Below are positions 12,091 through 24,450 of a DNA stretch of 49,262 nucleotides, in pieces. The stretch is from Octopus bimaculoides. Its lineage: Eukaryota. Each line of letters starts with the position of its first letter. Positions within the stretch are counted from its first letter, which is position 1. Under the pieces are notes generated by a model. That model worked only from the letters and a program-made list of their open reading frames with translations. It searched no databases and was not told where the DNA came from. The position numbers and the translations under genes are program-made. The stretch covers positions 72,403,031 through 72,452,292 of the forward strand of contig NC_068987.1 in the NCBI RefSeq assembly GCF_001194135.2, given 5' to 3'.

Positions 12091-12134
<44 letters not shown>

Positions 12135-12144
12135 NNNNNNNNNN

Positions 12145-12208
<64 letters not shown>

Positions 12209-12315
12209 ATATATATATATCATCATCATTTAATGTAAAGTGTGTGGTGGGAGAGATGGGTGCTCAGTGACAAAGGCAGAGATCAGAGGTAAAAGTATAT
12301 ATTTATAGAGAGTGT

Positions 12316-12646
12316 GAAGGTGCATGGCTCAGTGGTTAGAGCATGAGGCTCACAATCATGAGGTAGTGAGTTTGATTCCCAGACCGGACTATGTGTTAGG
12401 TTCTTGAGCAAGACACTCTATTTCACATTGCTCTAGTTCACTCAGCTGTAGAAATGAGTTCCAATGTCACGCTGTCTAGGTTCTTTGCCTTTCCTTTAGA
12501 TAACATTGGTGGCATGGAGAGGGGAGGTTGGTATCCATAGATGACTGCTAGTCTTCCATAAACAACTTTGTCCAGACTTGTGCTCCAAAGGGGAACTTTC
12601 TAGGTGCAATCCCCAAGGTCATTCATGACCAAAGGGGCTCTTTACC
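12316..12646 (+). mobile_element. tRNA-derived SINE family D, near full length
   Basis: A-box TGGCTCAGTGG, B-box GAGTTTGATTCCC, central TTCTTGAGCAAGACACTCTATTTCACATTGCTCTAGTTCACTCAGCTGTAGAAATGAG (CORE/V/Meta-like domain). An inverted copy lies at 25419-25750. Confidence 0.8.
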
Positions 12647-13609
12647 TCTGCTGAGCAAGGATGAAGGAGGTGGCAGGGATCGTTGGCCAATATAAGATAG
12701 TGTTCATAAGTGGTATGGGATGATATCGAGAAAATAATCCATAAGAGGTCTCATATCTTCAACTTTATAGCTTAAATGATGGCAAGAGATTCCTTTACAT
12801 TCAAGCTTTTGTATTTGAACCTTTCAGAACAATAATAAAGAAAAATAAGACACGGGTGGCTTCAATAAGATTTGAAACCAGGTGTAAAAAACTACAAAAC
12901 TGATCATGTATCACCCAATCTTACTAGCAATATTACTAAGGTTACTCTACATTTTACACTATAATACCAGAACCTAAGGGCAAGTCTGATTAGTAATCTA
13001 AATATCAAATGAATTCTAGTTGAGACCATTTGGTCTTTTCTTCTTTCCTTTTTACTTTCTTCATTTTTTTTTTTAGACTGTATGTCTAGGAGTATATTAT
13101 CCAATGTCTCCTTTCTTTAAGACAGTAGAATGTGATTTGAAGGAGATGTGAGGTGACATCTCTAGCAAGTCAAGCTACTATGTAATGGTTGATTTTGTAG
13201 TTGGCTCATGCTCAGTGTTGACATGTGATTCTTTAGTAACAAAATATTACTTGGCTATTATGATAATTCATTATTGATTCCAGCCCTTAATGCTTGTAAC
13301 GACTAACTCATTTGTATTAAAGATGAATAATTTATTTGCCATCTGTGTGAAAAACAACACGTATGTTTGTGCTAACATATTTAATGTATGGGCTATTAAA
13401 AAGCTAATTAGAAATAATTATGCAGTGAGAGAAAAAACAAAAGTTAGACAACAACCAATAATATCTCTTCCATTTTCCAACTTGAGCAAGTATCTTCTGT
13501 CATAACTCCAGATTGACCAATATTTTAAGGGTGGACAAAAATTTTGCAGAAGTCCATTATGTGTGTGTACTTGCTTGAGTGTTGTGTGTGTGTGTGTGTG
13601 TGTGTGTGT

Positions 13610-13847
13610 NNNNNNNNNNNNNNNNNNNNNNNNNNNNNNNNNNNNNNNNNNNNNNNNNNNNNNNNNNNNNNNNNNNNNNNNNNNNNNNNNNNNNNNNNNN
13701 NNNNNNNNNNNNNNNNNNNNNNNNNNNNNNNNNNNNNNNNNNNNNNNNNNNNNNNNNNNNNNNNNNNNNNNNNNNNNNNNNNNNNNNNNNNNNNNNNNNN
13801 NNNNNNNNNNNNNNNNNNNNNNNNNNNNNNNNNNNNNNNNNNNNNNN
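13610..13847. other. Assembly gap flanked by (TG)n; other gaps at 7438-7447, 11763-11789, 12135-12144, 20172-20418, 27116-27796, 28560-29293 and 47386-47395
   Basis: Runs of N, most abutting microsatellites. Confidence 0.99.
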
Positions 13848-13894
13848 GATCTTGTCAAACTGTCTAATGCATAAACTAGCATTAGAATCATACA

Positions 13895-13952
13895 GATGAT
13901 GATGATGATGATGATGGTGGTGATGGTGGTGGTGGTGGTGGTGGTGGTGGTA
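13895..13952 (+). repeat. Compound (GAT)n-(GGT)n microsatellite
   Basis: Direct reading. Confidence 0.95.
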
Positions 13953-14488
13953 GTATGTGTGTGTGAATTTCTGTGTTTGTTTTAATGTTTATACTTGTGT
14001 AAACCAATATTGCCACCCTTTTCAACAAAGGTTAATTACCCATTCAATAAACAGAGATTGTTAAAACAAGTGGGTACAATACTGAAATATGTACAAGAGG
14101 TTTGATATGATTGATTCTAAATATCCTTGAAGGTGATACTTCAGTATGGCTACAATCCAATGAGTGAAACCAGTAAAAGAATAAAAGTGAGAGAGACAAC
14201 TTCAAAATTATTTTTGCTTAATTTTGACTTCATCACTGACATATAGCTTTCAGCATACGTGCTAAACTAGTGATGAAAGGATTTCCAAATAATATGGAAT
14301 GTTGCACATTTGTTGACACAGCAAATATAAATATTTAGAAATAATATAATTTGGTGTCATCATTTGCATAGAAAAGTTAGTATTAATATATTTAATGCAT
14401 AACTTGATGAAGACTGTATCACAGTTGTCTTGTATTTTAAAGCTAATATATATATATATACACACACAAACACACACACACACTCAGA

Positions 14489-14660
14489 GGTGCAGGTGTG
14501 GGAGTGTAGCTAAGCAGTTTGCTTCCAAACTATATGGTCTTGGGGGTCATCCCATTGCTTAGCAGCTTGGGCAAGTACCTTCCACTGCAACCCTGGGCTG
14601 ACCAAAACCTTGTGAGTGGATTTGGCACTGAAAGAAGCCAGTCATGTGTGTGTGTGTGTG
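14489..14660 (+). mobile_element. SINE family A + (TG)n
   Basis: GGTGCAGGTGTGG head...CTTGGGCAAGT...GACCAAAACCTTGTGAGTGGATTTGG...GAAAGAAGCC. Confidence 0.8.
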
Positions 14661-16469
14661 TGTATGTATTATTATTTCATTTTTATTTTTGTATTCTGAC
14701 CAGGATTAATCAGTAAAGCTAGGAAGTTTTCTCTTCACCATTGATATAATTTTAATTAATTAAAAAAAATTTCACTCAGTAAGTTAGTCTCCATGTAACT
14801 ATATGTTCTTCATGCAGAAGACATTCCTAGGAAATTTCCTCCAGTTATTATTTGAAGATGTTACAATAGTCAATATTTACTCCTAGCAAGATTATGCTTC
14901 ACTTAGGAGCTTTTAATACTGAAAAATATCTTGAGTTGTCACTGTATTTATTAAAGTTCAATTTCACTCATCATTAAATATCACCATTCAGTTTTTTTAA
15001 TTAATTTGGATTTCTTGTCCAGAATTAATAATCAAAGTTAATGATTTCTCTCTTCACGTTGACTGTGTAGCAGGAATACTTGTCAAAGACCAAAACACAG
15101 AGGAATTGAACCCAGATCACTATATCTGATATAAAAACAACTAAGCAACACAAACAAGATTCACTCAATTATTAATGGTGTCAACAAGCATTGACCACTC
15201 GGATCTCTGGCAGAACAGGATGTCATTAATAATTCCGTTTTTTGGTACTGTTTTCTCTTTGAAAGAAATGGTTACATATAGATCCATTTTTTTTGCTAAC
15301 CAGCCGTATCTGTAAGACAGGAGTGGTGTATATTTTAAGCTTATCAGTTTTGAAGCTATGAATGTGGTAGTCATCAGTCAAAAGCAATGGATAATGATGA
15401 AGATAATGATAGCACAGCAATGGATAATGAAGATAATGATAGCAACATCACAAACTGTTGAACTGTTTTAACATTTCAGTTTCTTTTTTTAATCTGTAAG
15501 TCAGGAGTGAAGGGCAGTGCACATGATCCTATACAGGGTTTAGGAAGGTATCCTCAAACCGGAGACCAGGTCTGAAACCTTGTAATAAAGTGGACTTTAC
15601 TAAAGACACCCAAAATGCTGAGGTTAAACTGAACAACGAATTAAGTCCACCAGCCATGTAGGCCACAATGGGATTTGAATTCAGAACACTAAGAGCCATA
15701 ACAAATACCAGAAGACATCCTAATTCTGTAAGATTTCTTGCAGTCCAATGCCATACACTAGTACTTTATTTATTGACCTTGGAAGGATGAAAGACAAAGT
15801 TGATCATGACAGAATCTGAACTCAGAATGCAATGCATTTTGTCTGATACTCTGATGACTACCAATTCACCAATTCATTTTTAATAAATACTTTTTGTTTT
15901 GTTCTTTGCATTATATTAACCCTCACTTAACTATTTCTTCTTGAAGCAGAATGTATCCAGGGAAATTCCTCCCAGTTATTTAGAAACATATACACAATCA
16001 AATATTATTATACAGACATGTATTAGTATTATACATATCCTTCACAAGAATAGTCTCTTTTTAGCCATTGTTATTAGACATTCATTTCTAGTTAGTATTC
16101 TAATGCTTCATGCATTATCTAAGGCAGAAATATCATATTATACAACTATCACTAACTGGTCAAATTACCTCAAAAAGAAAACAGAAAAAAAAGAAAGTAA
16201 CAAGTGCTGAAAATTGAAGTAGGAAGTTAAGTTACTTCTAAGAAGAGAACATACAGTGATGGGTGATGTAGGATGGTGTGTGTGTGTGTGTTTAACTAGT
16301 GTGAAAATATAGCATCTAATCATATATATATATATATGATGTATTGCCAAATGAAATGTCCTCAGTACATGCTATACACATGGTATTACTTTACTCACAC
16401 ACCCATGCCCCACTGTCCTAAACAAATGAAAAACTAAGTCAACTATACAACTAACCAGAAAGAGCTTAA

Positions 16470-16693
16470 CTCTTTAGCATTGAGATTACTCTGTCAGATG
16501 TAATGCATATTTATTCACATTGTTTTGAATTAATCATGCATTATCTTGTAGCTCAGAGATATCAATCAATGATGTGGTTGTCTATTTTAAGAATGACATC
16601 ACAGGGTAGGTGTGAGAGGCAAGATTTTGCCAGTTGGAACATAAAACGGGTAGAATATTTTGGCAGGATATGGCTGGTTTAAATGTTAAAGGG
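16470..16693. mobile_element. TTAA-flanked MITE (piggyBac-type ends), family H1
   Basis: TTAA|CTCTTTAGCATT ... AATGTTAAAGGG|TTAA (TSD at 16466-16469 and 16694-16697). Confidence 0.75.
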
Positions 16694-16861
16694 TTAATGT
16701 TCTCCACTCTGCCACTCCATCACTTTGGTGTTACATATTGGTGGGTAACTATTTAGCAGTTAGTTAAATAATCCCATTCTTTTGAAGATTGTTTAAAATA
16801 CGGCTTGCATGTGTCATCACCCCAGTTAGGAATGTGAGTGATAGTTTGAGGGGGATAAGTG

Positions 16862-17100
16862 GATGCAGGCATGGCTGAGAGGTTAAGGCATTTGCTTCAT
16901 AACCATGAGGTACTGGGTTTGATCCTACAGTGTGGCATTTTGGGCAAGTGTATTTACCACAGCTATGAATCAACCCAAGCCTTGTGAGTAAATTTGAAAT
17001 AGACAGAAATTGTACAGAAGCCCATGGATGGACTGTACATGTAATTCAAGTGTCCAGCCATCTCACACTCTTGTCATGTTGAATCTACATGAGGACTGCA
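16862..17100 (+). mobile_element. SINE family A head joined to a family-C-like tail
   Basis: GCAGGCATGGCTGAGAGG head...GGGCAAGTG...AAGCCTTGTGAGT...GAAGCCC, then CCAGCCATCTCACACTCTTGTCATGTTGAATCT resembling 5566-5610. Confidence 0.7.
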
Positions 17101-17104
17101 TTAA

Positions 17105-17269
17105 CCCTTTTGATACCAACCTGGCTGAAACCACCTCTGTAATACAAATGTCTTGTTTTCAAAAGTGCTGAATTAAAATCTTCCACAAAACCTTAGTCAC
17201 AATTTGTGTTCCTAACACTAGTTTGAAAGAAAGACAGAGCATTTCAACAGAAATATGGTAACAAAAGGG
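17105..17269. mobile_element. TTAA-type MITE family H2
   Basis: TTAA|CCCTTTTGATACCAA ... ATGGTAACAAAAGGG|TT. A related copy in the opposite orientation lies at 23253-23475. Confidence 0.65.
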
Positions 17270-17281
17270 TTTTAAAGATCC

Positions 17282-17436
17282 ACAGGCATGGCTGTGTAGC
17301 TAAGAACCTCACTTTGCAAGCATTTGGGTTCGGTCCCACTGTGTGGCACATTAGGTAAGTGCTTTCTACTATATCCCCAGGCAGACCAATGCCTTGTGAC
17401 TGAATTTGGTTAAAGGAAACTGTGTGGAAACCATCA

Positions 17437-17522
<86 letters not shown>

Positions 17523-17706
17523 TTTATACTCCCACCCCCAAAGTTTGACAACCATTGTTGGTTGGCTTATGTTCTTGTAACTTAGTGGTTCAGTAAAAGA
17601 GACAATAGAATAAGTACTGGATTTGATTAATTACTGGGGTCAATTTTTTTGACTAAACCTTTCAAGGTAGAGTCCCAGCATGACTACAGACAAATGACTA
17701 CAGAAA
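17282..17706 (+). mobile_element. Composite SINE: A head + (TG)n + B tail
   Basis: CAGGCATGGCTGTGTAG...GGTTCGGTCCCACTGTGTGGCAC...(TG)n...TTGACAACC...TAACTTAGTGGTTCAGTAAAAGAGAC..TAGAATAAGTACT...CCAGCATG..CAGACAAATGACT..AAAGTAAAAAG. Confidence 0.85.
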
Positions 17707-19907
17707 GTAAAAAGTACCTATGCAATATTCAACTGCTTTGTACTCTAACTCAATGAGTAGATTGCTCATTTGATTGAACAACTGGATGTTCAGACATCGA
17801 AACTGACCTGAGAGTCCATTGTATGTTTAGCAGAAACACCATCACAGATATATGATGTGAACAGTACTCTTGTGTAGATCCAGGATATTTGGGCATATAA
17901 TAGATGCACTGTCCCAGATAAGTAGGCAGTCTATATGGGTCTAGGATGTTTGTATGTGAATGTGTATAAAAGAAAAGGTGTTGGTTTGTTCAATGATGCA
18001 GCACTACATAACTCTTTAGTGTGTGTGTGTGTGTGTGCGTGTGTGCATGTGTGTGCGTGTGTGTGTGTGTGTGCGTGTGTGTGTGTGTGCGTGTGTTGAG
18101 AGAAACTGAGCTAAGTATAAATGCGTCAACACTTGAAAGTGTGCTGCAGATGAACGCACATGAAAAAATTGTCAATGGATTATAATGCTATTATGTCATA
18201 ATAGAACAATTTTAACATTAATCTGTAAGAATGTTAGTAATCATATTTGATTATAAAGCAAGATTACTGTTTCATTTCTGTTCGGTAAATGAGTTTTGTG
18301 TCTATACTATTATATTAGTTTTTTTTAAAATTTATTTTGGTCTATATCACAACAACAGGATATAAATTCACATTGAAAAGGAAAAGCAAACAATTTTCAT
18401 CCACTTGAAAATTCATAAATACTATTTGTACACTTGCTTAACTCAATTATTCAGCTATGATTTCTTCACTTCTGTCTTTAAAACAGCAGTACAGTATACT
18501 AGTAAGTGTTAGGACACTGACTGCACTTAACACAGTACCTACTAATCTACTTCCTCACATGTTTAAATAATCCACCGTAAAGTAGGTTTCATAAAAAATA
18601 GCCACTGAGCTCTCTTGTCTTTGACAAAATCTCAGTTAGTATAGTGGAATGGGTGCCAACTATAGAGCTGAATGCAAGACTTAAATACAAGATGACAGAA
18701 TTTAAATGTTCTGAAAAATCAGAATAGCAAAAGCTTGAAAGACCAAAACCTCAGCATACCAAATGCTTGAAAGACTGAAGATTTAGAATAGTAAATTTTG
18801 AAATATCTTAGAGTAAAACTAAGAAGAAAAACAGTTTTAAAAGGAAATTTATTTGATAAACATGTTATAACATGTTATAAAAAAAAGTAAATGCATTGCA
18901 AATATAGGATAATGATGGGATAAGCAAAAATGTAAATGGTTTATTTATTGATTATTTCCTTTCTTAAATTCTTTCGTTTTTTAACATTTCACTTCTTTTC
19001 TTTTAACATAAACTTAAATAGTTGCAAAGATCAAGACTAAATTGTGTTTGAACAAAATGAGACACATGCACATGTTGCTTAACTCCCTTTTGTTTTCACT
19101 CTTTTTGCTGCCTAATGCTACACAAACTTCCACTAGATTCATCTCCTTTCTTTCATTAACTATGCAGCTTTTGTATTGATAATATTCCTTTGGATATTAC
19201 ATTCCATTGAAGATATTCAATAATGAGAGAAATATTCAATGAACTGTTTGCATTTTTGCTTATTCCTTCAATACTGTCTCCTTGCTATGCACTTGATAAA
19301 CTCCTTTTTAAAACTAAATAAAGGTCTTTTGAAATTGTTTTCATTATTAATTTCCCCTAAAATATTTCAAAATTAAGTATTCTGAGTTTTGAGGGTGTTT
19401 AAACATTCAGTATTCAGAGTCTCTCAAGCTTATGATATTGTAATTTTTTCTTTCTTTGGTCATTTGAATTCAGCTATCTCACATTCAGCTTTATTGCATT
19501 TGGCTTTATGAACCAAATCCATTAAAGAACACTTATGGAAACTTGTGTGAGAGAGAGAAAATTAAGAACTTGGGAAATTCACATCTACATGTATTTATCT
19601 TCTCAAAGCATCCTACAACTCAATTTTCTAAATCAGAGAAAAGAAAAATTCTAGAGTTTGATTCATATCCCTCTTAAAAAATGGAGGAATAAAAAGTGTC
19701 TTAATTTCATTTCCATAATCATAAGAGTCTTTCAACTGACAGCAACAGAACCTGAATCAATAAAATAAACTTTCAGCAGTGAACAAGTTTAGTAAATCCA
19801 ACTAAACAGTTTTTTCACTTAAAGAGAAATCAGAACCACAAGTAAAACCATTTAGCTGGTCTATTTATCAAATTGTATATAATATATAACACACACAACT
19901 ATGTGAG

Positions 19908-19943
<36 letters not shown>

Positions 19944-20070
19944 GAGATAGAGACAGATAGATAGATAGAGACAGACAGACAGACAGACAGATAGATAGAT
20001 AGATAGATAGATAGAGAGAGAGATAGATAGATAGGGAGAGAGAGATAGACAGATAGGGGGAGGGAGAGAG
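19908..20070 (+). repeat. (AGAT)n/(AGAC)n/(AG)n compound microsatellite
   Basis: Direct reading. Confidence 0.95.
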
Positions 20071-20934
20071 ACCATGTAGGATTATTGGCATATTGAATAT
20101 AATACTGAGAAAAAAATGAAAAAAAAAAGTTACACATTTTGATATTAGCTCAACAATATTAGCTGAAGTCANNNNNNNNNNNNNNNNNNNNNNNNNNNNN
20201 NNNNNNNNNNNNNNNNNNNNNNNNNNNNNNNNNNNNNNNNNNNNNNNNNNNNNNNNNNNNNNNNNNNNNNNNNNNNNNNNNNNNNNNNNNNNNNNNNNNN
20301 NNNNNNNNNNNNNNNNNNNNNNNNNNNNNNNNNNNNNNNNNNNNNNNNNNNNNNNNNNNNNNNNNNNNNNNNNNNNNNNNNNNNNNNNNNNNNNNNNNNN
20401 NNNNNNNNNNNNNNNNNNTGTGTGTGTGTGAGTGTGTGTGTGTGTGTGTGTGTGCGTGTGTGTTTTGGATATTTACAATTTAAGGCACAAAAACTTTTAC
20501 ATGATCAATATATTATTCTAGGAAAGAGAATATCAAAAGCATTGCAAATTATATATATATATCCACATCCAGACTTTGCCAACATGGACAAGTAAACAAA
20601 ATATGATGATCATCATGTTTATATGCATATATTATATGTACACATATACAGACACACACATATACAAATACACACACACACACACATTCATACATATTTC
20701 ATTTTTGTATTTACTTGGCGAAATTCTTGACATGTAACCAAGTGCCAAAACAAACATTGCTGTACTTTGGAAGGGTTGTTTTGCCCATAAAATACATACC
20801 CTGATTTGTATATCACTTTTTAGTTTTATTATCAATTAACTAATTAACAAATTAATCAATCAATTAATTGATTTGTCCTTTTGTCATACTCTGTGACCAT
20901 ATTGATGATATGTCCCTCATACGCATACTTTTTA

Positions 20935-21072
20935 CTAGTATGCTTTCACTCTGTACTTGGTTTCAGGTTCAATTTCACTACATGGTTTCTTAGACGTGTG
21001 TCTCCTATAATTGCCCTGGGTCAACCAAAGCCTTGTGAGTGGATTTAGTAGATGGAAACTTAGAGAAGCCCA

Positions 21073-21119
<47 letters not shown>

Positions 21120-21266
21120 CTTGTCTTGACATCAAATGATAGTTGCAAGCGAGTGGCATCATTCATTTCCAGTCTTTCATGAAAACATGTCTGGATGAGG
21201 GGAATATTTACCTTGGTTGGAAACAGGTGAGAGGTGGCAAAAGAAAGGGCATCCAGCTATAGAAAA
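20935..21266 (+). mobile_element. Composite SINE: A body + (TG)n + G tail (RTE-like 3' end), truncated against the mariner
   Basis: CAACCAAAGCCTTGTGAGTGGATTTAGTAGATGGAAAC..GAAGCCC, (TG)n, then TCTTGTCTTGACATC...GGAAACAGGTGAG...AAAGGGCATCCAGCTATAGAAA. Confidence 0.8.
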
Positions 21267-21274
21267 GAGTAAAC

Positions 21275-22323
21275 ATGGCCACTCCACTGGCAGTGTGCAC
21301 CAAGGAAGAATATTGATCAGCAATCTGATTTCTCTGGTCTGAAGATGTGTCAGGGACTGAAATTCATTGCAAGCTTTCAGTACAATACGAGGATGGCACT
21401 ATCACACAGAAGTGTGTATGAATAGATTGAGAAGTTTAAAAATGGCCAGACAAGCATGAAGTACAAAGAGGGAGCAGGATGCACATTGACCCCCATCACT
21501 GACATGATGGTTCAGCAAGCTTGAGAAATGGTTCTGGCAAACTGATGAGTGACTATTGACGAGGCGGCATGCTCTCTGCAAATTAGTCATGGTTCGCATA
21601 TGAAATCATCCACAACAAGTTTTGCTTTATAAAGTCTGTGCAAGATGGGTACCAAGAGAGCTTATTAAAGTGAATAAGCACAAATGTGTGGATATCTGTC
21701 AATGTTTACTTGACTGTGACAATGATAAAGTCAAAACTTTTCTGGAGAGAATAGTCACAAGAGATGAGATCTGAGTCCATCACTTTGAGCCAAAATCAAA
21801 GAAGCAGAGTAATGGAGTGGAAAAAACCCAGAATATCTAGCAAAAAGAAATTTAAGACTCAATCTTCCACAAAAAAATTGACACTGTTTTTTGGGGATGC
21901 AAAAGGGCCTATACTGAAACATTACTTGGAAAAGGTGTCTACATTCACCAGTGTAGGCAAAAATGAAATGCTGGCCAACAAAACTGAAACCAACAATTGG
22001 CACCAAATGCTGATCGTCAAGGAAAGTGTTATTGCTGACAAAAATGCATGCCCACATAGGGGCCACCTACACAGTTAAAACCATTGATAAATTGGGTTTT
22101 GAGTTGCTGGAACACCCTGCATACAGTCCAGATTTTGCTCCTTCTGACTATCACCTCTTTGGACTACTCACACATCCTTTATGAGGTCATCAACTTGCTA
22201 CAGTTGAAGAAGTGTAGAAATGGCTGCTAGACCAGCAAAAAACCTTCTTCTCCAATGGAATAAGCAAGATTTTGGACCACTGGAAGAAGCACATCAAAAA
22301 ACAAGGAGACTATGTTGAAAAAT
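21275..22323 (+). pseudogene. Mariner-family transposase pseudogene, near full length with multiple stops and frameshifts
   Basis: MATPLAVCTKEE..FLWSEDVSGTEIH, VCARWVPREL, RIVTRDEI*VHHFEPKSKKQS, NACPH, LLEHPAYSPDFAPSDYHLFG, GDYVEK: the mariner signature motifs WVPHEL and YSPDLAPSD are recognisable. Confidence 0.92.
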
Positions 22324-22369
22324 TATGTAATTGCTCAACCCCTGCTTTTGTTTTAATGGTTTACAAAAA

Positions 22370-22403
22370 CAAGAGTGTGTATAATTTTTAACTTACCCTC
22401 ATA
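22370..22403 (+). mobile_element. Mariner 3' terminal inverted repeat with TA target site
   Basis: ATAATTTTTAACTTACCCTCA|TA lies ~50-80 bp after the transposase end; no matching 5' TIR is visible. Confidence 0.6.
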
Positions 22404-23252
22404 ATTCTGGAACAATAGTCATCAAAAGTCAACCAAAGGGTGTGCATGTGTGTATTTTTTAAATAACTAGGTGAGTTATAATATACAGGAGGGCCCAACA
22501 TATGTTAGTTATAACAGATCATCTAAAAAGAAAGTATGTCATCTTACTCATACTGAAGAAATGAAACAAAACTGAAACCTACTGGAGATAGTTGAGATGG
22601 GGGGGGGGTAGAGATCATTAGACAAAAAGATCAACAAGATAAGAAGCTTTAAATCCCAGGTGGCAGTTCAAATGGAGGGAGGGGGCAGCCAAGCAAACAG
22701 ACAGATTAATAAATTTATACAGTGAAATACAGAGGCAGGAGGAATGGATGAGGTAAACACCATTCCCCTCATTCTTCCCTTGAGCACATAAACACAAAAT
22801 GGACATCTTACAGTCAAACGCTGTAGGTCTAAGAGCAATTAAATGTAAAACAAATAACAACAATCATAATAACAATAATGATTTTTATGATGACAACAAC
22901 CAGGCAGGTTATTAATACTATTTCCATAAATATCTTTTAACAACAGGGTTTAATAAGCACTGGTAAAAGACAGGATGTTAGGGTCAATGTCTACATGTCA
23001 TCAAAAATTATTATTTTCATACCCACACAAATAGGGGTCAAGTTGGTGCAATGTGGAAAAATTGCTGCTGCTTAGCTCCATGTCAGCCCTTAAATATACA
23101 ATCAACAAAAGTGTACCCAGAATTAAAATATCCAAAGTATCCTTTTACCTAAGTAGGGTGTAATTTGAAGGAGACTGGCTGCTATTTATAGCAGGCTGAG
23201 CAACTATATAGAAGCAACATCATTAACTCATTGGAATCCAGGCTTTTCTTAG

Positions 23253-23475
23253 CCCTTTTGTTACCATATTTCTGTTAAACCACACTTCCTTTAATTCAGT
23301 AAATTTTAAAAATAATGAAGAAGTCAGTAGAACAATTTGTCTTTATTAAGCTGGTGTTTGGAACTGAAATTAACATAAAATTTTGTTGGGTGGGGTTTAA
23401 ATTTGGATAAATATAAAACAGGAAGTTTGTATTATAGAATCAGGGGTGGTCTCAAGTTGGTTGATATCAGAAGAG
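23253..23475. mobile_element. TTAA-type MITE family H2, second copy
   Basis: TTAG|CCCTTTTGTTACCATATTTCTGTT ... GGTTGATATCAGAAGAG|TTAA. The left end is the reverse complement of the right end of 17105-17269. Confidence 0.55.
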
Positions 23476-24408
23476 TTAATGCATCCATGTGCAATGTGAA
23501 GAAGATAGAGTTCAGCTCCAGGTACCCTGATTTAAAAAAAACCTTTTATTCAGGCATGGCTCAAAAGCATACTTCCCAACTACATGATGACATTGGGTAT
23601 TTTTTATTGTATATAGTCTTAAATCAACCAAAGACTTGTGAGTGAAATTTGGTAGATGGAAACTGCATGGAAGTCCATCAGAGAGACTATTCCTGTTCTT
23701 GAGTGGCAAACTTAATCTAGTCACACCAAGAATACTTTACTACCTTATGAAAAAAAATTGTGTCAAATGTGATGGTGTTATGTTATCTGATGTAGCTATG
23801 GACTTGTATGACAAGGAAAAAGTTTATGGGCTAATATGATAGATATCTTACACTCTCTTCAGAAGAAATTCCATTTCATAAATTTCAGTAGAGATGATAT
23901 CCTGTTACCTTTCTATGTATAAATCACCATCAGCTTGACAAGCTTAGAAAAATCCTTATTTGCTCAATATTTTGAGCTTTACTATATACCTTCATTATCA
24001 TAATAATTTTTGAATGTCCATCTGTCATGTTGGCATGGGTTGAATAGTTTAGCAAGATCCAACAAGCTCAAGGTCCATATCATGCTTCAATTTATGCTTT
24101 GGTATAGTTTCTATGTCTGGATGCTCTTCCTAATGCCATCAGTATACAAGGCATTTGTGAGGTTGCCATGTAGCTTGCAAAACTAAAATCTCCTTCAACT
24201 GTGTCGGACTATAGTACAGAGAGAGCAACTGTATGCTAGGCGATTACAGATAAAATTATGAAAGAAGTTATAACAGGTATTTTGGCTGTAGAAGAGATAC
24301 ATGGCTACTAGCACTGTACAAGAGTGAGTGGGATTAATGAGTATGGTGTTGGAAAGAGAGATAAAGATGGTTGTGATAAAGAGTTAGCACAGGCCCTGAG
24401 GATGAAAG

Positions 24409-24450
<42 letters not shown>

